64,000 nt of DNA, taken from NCBI GenBank assembly GCA_046563655.1, contig CM102290.1, positions 2,976,001-3,040,000 on the forward strand, in the 5' to 3' direction. Position numbers and translations under genes: made by a program. This document shows positions 59,101-64,000 of this stretch, piece after piece (position 1 is the stretch's first letter; the number at the start of each line of letters is the position of its first letter). Under the pieces are notes generated by a model, which was given only the letters and a program-made list of their open reading frames with translations, ran no database searches and was not told the origin of the DNA. Source of the stretch: Yuukianura sp. NJ FZ-2021. Its lineage: Eukaryota.

Positions 59101-62100
59101 AATTCTGGAAGTGGCGTAACGTTACGATTTGCTGCTCTTTAATTTCTCATTTCGTCCAGGTGAAACTTTAAAAAAATCGTTTTTTTTACTACCACAATAA
59201 AAAGTCTCCTGAAACTTGAAATTATTTCTAGCTGGAAAAGTCATCACATTTCATTTTTTTTTGTGCAAAAACAGCAAAATAGCAGGAGTAACAAATGTGA
59301 GCGTCGTGTCTGGAGATAATGCTGTGGACGGTGGTTCTTAACCAACCACTTAGCCTAAAGAACTTGGAACCGCATTGACATTCGCATAAGGTTTGCTCGC
59401 ACAAGATTTTCATGGAAGCGTGATTTGCAAAAACTTCACCTTCAAATTAACTTTTTCTTCAAGTTTCAAAGAAAAAACAACTTAAAAATAAGACTTTACT
59501 TGAGTGTATCTAAAGGAATCTGAGCTTCTGGAAAGAACTAAAGAGTGTCAAGAACTTAAACACTCTCAAATTAGAAATCAAGATGCGAGGTCAGGTTGAT
59601 TCTGAGAACTCAAGGTCAAATTGGAGGGAAATCAAAACAACTTTCCAAGTGACACAATCAGTTTTAATTAAACTTCGTCTCTAATTCAAACTAATGAAGC
59701 TCAGAACCTTACGTTAATTTCTAAATTGAAACAAAGCATAATAAATCACGCAATTTGTGTGTCACTCCAATTTTTCTTCAACAGAAAAAATTTCACACGT
59801 ATTTTTGCTTTTCACCTTCAGATTTGACCGATAAAGATTTTAAAGTCGTGATGAAAAACGTAACGGCCTTCCTTACAGCAAATGGTCAAAACTTTTGCTG
59901 TTTTTGCTGTTTCAGACTTGGCAAAAAGTTGAAGTCAAAGCTTTTGAGAGTGAATGAAAAGCGGAAATAAGGAAATTTAAAACTTACCGACTTCGGGTGG
60001 GTTTTCACACAGTCTTCGCAAATATCCACATCACAGTCATGGCACTTGAACTTTGCAGTTTGTCCACAATGAGTACACCGATGTCCCACGTCGTCCTTGT
60101 CCATTGAGAGACTGGTCACGCAGAAATTATTCTGCAGAGCCGAAATCTGCACATTGTTGCACAAAAACAAGAAATTTACACTTTTTTTCGCGAAAAACTT
60201 GAAGTACGTCTACCCAGGACGGAGTTTAGAAAATGACTATAAAAGAACATTTGAGAAGAAAAGTCGGCATATAGGCTAAACACTAAAAAGTTAACAATGA
60301 ATGTTGCTATAATCGTTTTGGACATCATGGAACATCTTAAGATAGTAAGTTAACATGGGGGAGGTAAAGGGGGGGATGGGGGAGAGCGTGACCTGCCTTT
60401 GAACGGTTTCCGACACACATTAACGTTAATCCATTGTTGTCCAGAGAATTACTTTTGTGTGAATTAAACAATGTGTAATGTATATAAGGTAACTGTGTAG
60501 TTTAATCACTATTTGTAGTACTTACTCCTTTTTCTGGTAAAATCGATTGTTGCCGACAGTCTGGACATGTAAGAGTGAGACTCTCCGTTGGAAGATAGGA
60601 AATCAAACAAGATTCACAAAATGTATGAAGACAAGGTAAAACCTACAAAAAGAGTTTTAAAAAAAGAATTAAAAAAAGTTATAAAAAATATTCCTTTGTA
60701 ATCCTCTCCATTTTTAGACATTTTGAAACATTCACATTCACTTCAACATCCAAAAGTGCACGGAATCAATAATAGAAATTTAAGCCGCTTAGAAACAAAA
60801 ACGCTTTGATTCATTTCTTCTAAAAATAAGAAAAACATGCACAGCCAGCCTATAACAGATTCGTCACGACATCATGAACAATATCTCATGAACAGGGCAT
60901 TTTTTTCGAAGAGACAAAAGCGCTAAAATTTTGAAAATTGACAAAACGGCAAGCAATTGTCAAAATTTCGGTTGACATTTTGATGTAAAGTGGTTCCATT
61001 AACAAAGCAATTTCCATTGTTTCCACTCCCGCTCTTATTTTACGTTTTTGCAAACTATGAAAACAGCAAAATTTATTTCGCAAAAAAATTTTTTTCAGGA
61101 GTCAATTTGCACTTGTGCAGTTAGAGATGCAGCATCACTTGGGTGTAAATTGTTGCGTGAGTTAAATTGTTAGTACTATTAAGGCATTCAGTATTTGTAC
61201 TGCTGATTGTCCAAGTCAGATGAAGTGCAGTACTTGATCTTGACCTTGAATGTCCACCCACTTCTAGTACAACTGACCAACATCAGTCCCAGATGCCCAA
61301 CCACAATAACGTTGCAAAAAAATAGACAACAATAGTACCTGTCAAAGCCCACCATTTTCAACACCTTCATTTTAGCCACGCACTACTTTTTACTTTGTCA
61401 CCGATTGCAGAAATTGTCCAACCAAACATTACTTTTTGTCAACTTAAAAAAAGAAACTTCAAAAAAAACTTTGCACACTTCGGGACAGTTTTGTGTCCAC
61501 TCATGCGCGTATGCGCCTAGCCTAACCTGTACTTGGTCCAAAGTTGTCCACAAAAAAGTTAGTAGTATTTGGTACTAGTTCTGGAGGAGATGCTCATTAG
61601 AGCCTTCTAATCTGAGTACTAATGAGACGAAACCAGAGAACAATTAGTTTTTGAGTGCCTCTTCCCCCGAGGTGTCAAAGAAGAAGTGGAGGTCTCACCT
61701 TATGCAGACTAAAAAGTTTAATGGGGGACTCAAACCAAAAGACTAAAAGCTTTGCTAAATCAGGCCACACTGTAGTACTAAATAACTTTAGGTTAGACCT
61801 CCACAAATTGTTGCAGGAAGGTGAAAAATGAGGCAAAACGTAAACCTAAGCATGACTGTTGTTGTTGTTGAAAATAAAGTCAAAGTCACAGTTACATGGG
61901 TTCAGGTGTTGCTGCGACTTGGAAGTTGCAAAGTTATGAACAGTGAGCCAATGTCGATGGTTCCATGCCATTTCATCGAATGAATTCCAACGAAGCGAAT
62001 ATCGCCGAAACCAATTACAACGAAATTTGAATCACCCCGAAGCGAATTACAACGAAATTGGAATTTCAACAAAAGTTGAATTACAACTTTTAATTTGACT

Positions 62101-63290
62101 TTCGTTGTAATTCGACTTTCGCTGTAATTCCCTTCGAGGTAATTCAGCTTTCGTTGTATTTGGTTTCGGTGGAATTTATTCGGAAAAATTCGCTTCGTTG
62201 TAATTCATTCGATGAAATGGCGTGCTCCCATGTCAGTTGGGTGTAAGGTTACGGGAAGTGGCAAATTTGCAATTTCCAATTTTTGCAAGTCCTGCTTCCT
62301 TGCAAAACAAAAAGCAAGATGGGTTTTACAGGTAATAATTTTTGTGTTGAACGATGATGATGAAGCGTCTTTTACCTCTTCCTCTCTCCATTTGTTTCAA
62401 ATGGCAGGATGTGACAAAACAATCAACTTCCGTTCTATTTCTAATTACTAATTCACAATTAAAGGAAATTTGATTGTTTGAATGTTTCCTCTAGGTCAAT
62501 TTCCACTAATATTCATAATACGTAATATTTAATACCTTAGTATTTATAATAATCTGGAATCTAAAAAGTTATGGAAATCTAAGGTTATTGAATCTCCGTA
62601 ACTTTCAATTCCTGCGTCAGTTTTCACTTTCACTCACTTCCGTTCACATAAAGTTTATGACAGCCACGTTTGTAGGGTAACTTTCGTTGTTAACTTTGAT
62701 TAGCATTGATGTGTAATTTAGATTAGCTGATACATAAGTTTTAATTAAGTTAAATTTAAATGTCTGGGAAATTTGAAATCAAACATGAACTAAGGCGTTT
62801 GTTATTAGGTTTATGTTAGAACAACTTTAAGATTGGTATGCACTCTAGAACAGAGAGGACCAAGCACCAAAATGTACTTCAACTTTAGTGAACTAGGTGG
62901 CGGGAAAGAGGTAGGAATTTGCAAAAAAAAATTGCAACGTTGTTACATGCCAATTTGCGAAAAAGCTTGCAGAAATGTTTTACAAGAGTTTACAATTCGC
63001 AAAGAAACATCGTCGCATCAATTTTGAGATCCGAGCATTGCACACGTCTACGGCAGAATTCGCACAAAGGAAAAAAAAATTTTGACAGATTATAATTTTT
63101 GAGTTGTTACCTTGGGATTCTTATATTTTTCGCGACAAATTGCACAACTAAGTGGATGTCTCGTGATGTCCGTAATGATGAGGGACTGTGACTCGGCTTC
63201 AGGATTGTGCAAACTCCCGCCATTTTCAGAACTACTCAGACTCTGACTTCCGTTTTTTTGAATTCGCAGTGGACTCCCGCCAGCAGACAT
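53199..63290 (-). CDS. TRIM2/3: TRIM2/TRIM3-like TRIM-NHL E3 ligase (RING, two B-boxes, coiled coil, filamin-like, NHL repeats), 14 coding exons
   Basis: Minus-strand exons are 63290-63111 ([12 protein letters not shown]), 60642-60526 ([31 protein letters not shown]), 60146-59988 (ISALQNNF), 58869-58644, 57212-57055 (B-box [24 protein letters not shown]), 56795-56609, 56537-56348, 55818-55467 ([10 protein letters not shown]), 55396-55189, 55103-54905 ([23 protein letters not shown]), 54108-53945 ([19 protein letters not shown]), 53856-53645 ([16 protein letters not shown]), 53570-53430 and 53348-53199 ([21 protein letters not shown]). Junctions are GT-AG and phase-consistent. The RING and NHL segments closely follow vertebrate TRIM2/3 as I recall them. 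Confidence 0.93.
61964..62224. mobile_element. Fold-back MITE with 37-bp arms and internal AATTACAACGAA repeats
   Basis: 61964-62000 matches the reverse complement of 62188-62224 at 35 of 37 positions. Internal short repeats switch orientation at the centre. The TSD is degenerate, so the superfamily (possibly Mutator-like) is unresolved. Confidence 0.8.
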
Positions 63291-64000
63291 TTTGCTTCCC
63301 CTGCGTTCCTCTCCACCGCCACGAGAGGATTGCTACCAAATCAACAGACAAAGTTTTAGCAACGAGGAGAAATACTTTTTCGTTTTTAGCGATGGAGAAT
63401 GTGTTCTGGCCAAAGTTTGCAAATTTTTTGCATCATGCCGATGGAGCATTATGCTCTTGTTTTTCATACCCGGTGGAAATTAATTTGCAATAAGACTATT
63501 AACTAGGGAGGCAATTACAAGGGGATCCGCCCAGTGTAATGCCTTTAATAAAAACCAGTTTAGATTTGGATCTCGTCCGTGAGAGGTTCTTATGAACCAC
63601 AAAAACCATTAGCCAAATGAAGATGAAACAAGTTTATAACTACTGGTGTACTGCGTTAATTCCAACTTTAAAAACATAACACGTAAAGGAACTGCAATTC
63701 TGAAAAACAGTTCAAAAAATTAGGTTTACATGTTAGGAAAAGTTTTTTTGTGTAATATCTTATGTAATACCATATTATATCGCTTCACTTCGCAGTAGCT
63801 ACAGAAATTGACACGGCGAAGACTCGGTGTTTTCTTCATTTTTGAGTTTTTAAAATGAAATTTCGAAAAGTAAAAAAACACTTTTAAACTGCACCAAACT
63901 TTCTCCTCTGTTAACTTTTCACAATTTTTGGCCAACTTTTCAAAATATGTTTCAGTGAACGTTTAAGTTTGTTTAGAGTGAAGATTTGTTTTATCCGAAG

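Noticed and set aside
59228..59440. Cys/His-containing minus-strand ORF in a TRIM intron as a possible extra exon
   Set aside because: The nearby acceptor is out of phase with the upstream exon and gives a stop within 10 codons. The Cys spacing fits no zinc-finger pattern I recognise.

Overview
AT-rich, intron-containing animal genomic DNA from an invertebrate, probably an arthropod (inferred from gene content, not proven). All gene models were assembled by hand from GT..AG junctions with reading-frame checks. The first 7 kb is a compact housekeeping cluster: the 3' end of a USP12/46 deubiquitinase (+), SPCS3 (-), an FGFR1OP2/SIKE homologue (+) and calumenin (+). Positions 8.9-52.2 kb hold one large PRXamide/neuromedin-U-family neuropeptide GPCR gene (+). 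Positions 53.2-63.3 kb hold a convergent TRIM2/3-like TRIM-NHL gene (-). The most notable observation is that the GPCR has two intact, diverged, paralogous first coding modules, each encoding N-terminus+TM1+ICL1+TM2 (8879-9140; and 24390-24699 plus a 30-nt microexon). Both end at the same codon and phase and can splice onto one shared TM3-TM7 body, which suggests two receptors from one locus through alternative first exons. The introns carry many non-autonomous DNA transposons. One is a TTAA-flanked piggyBac-like element holding a 1.6-kb 15-bp satellite with higher-order structure, inserted into the target-site duplication of a Harbinger-like MITE. I found no CRISPR array, tRNA or rRNA.
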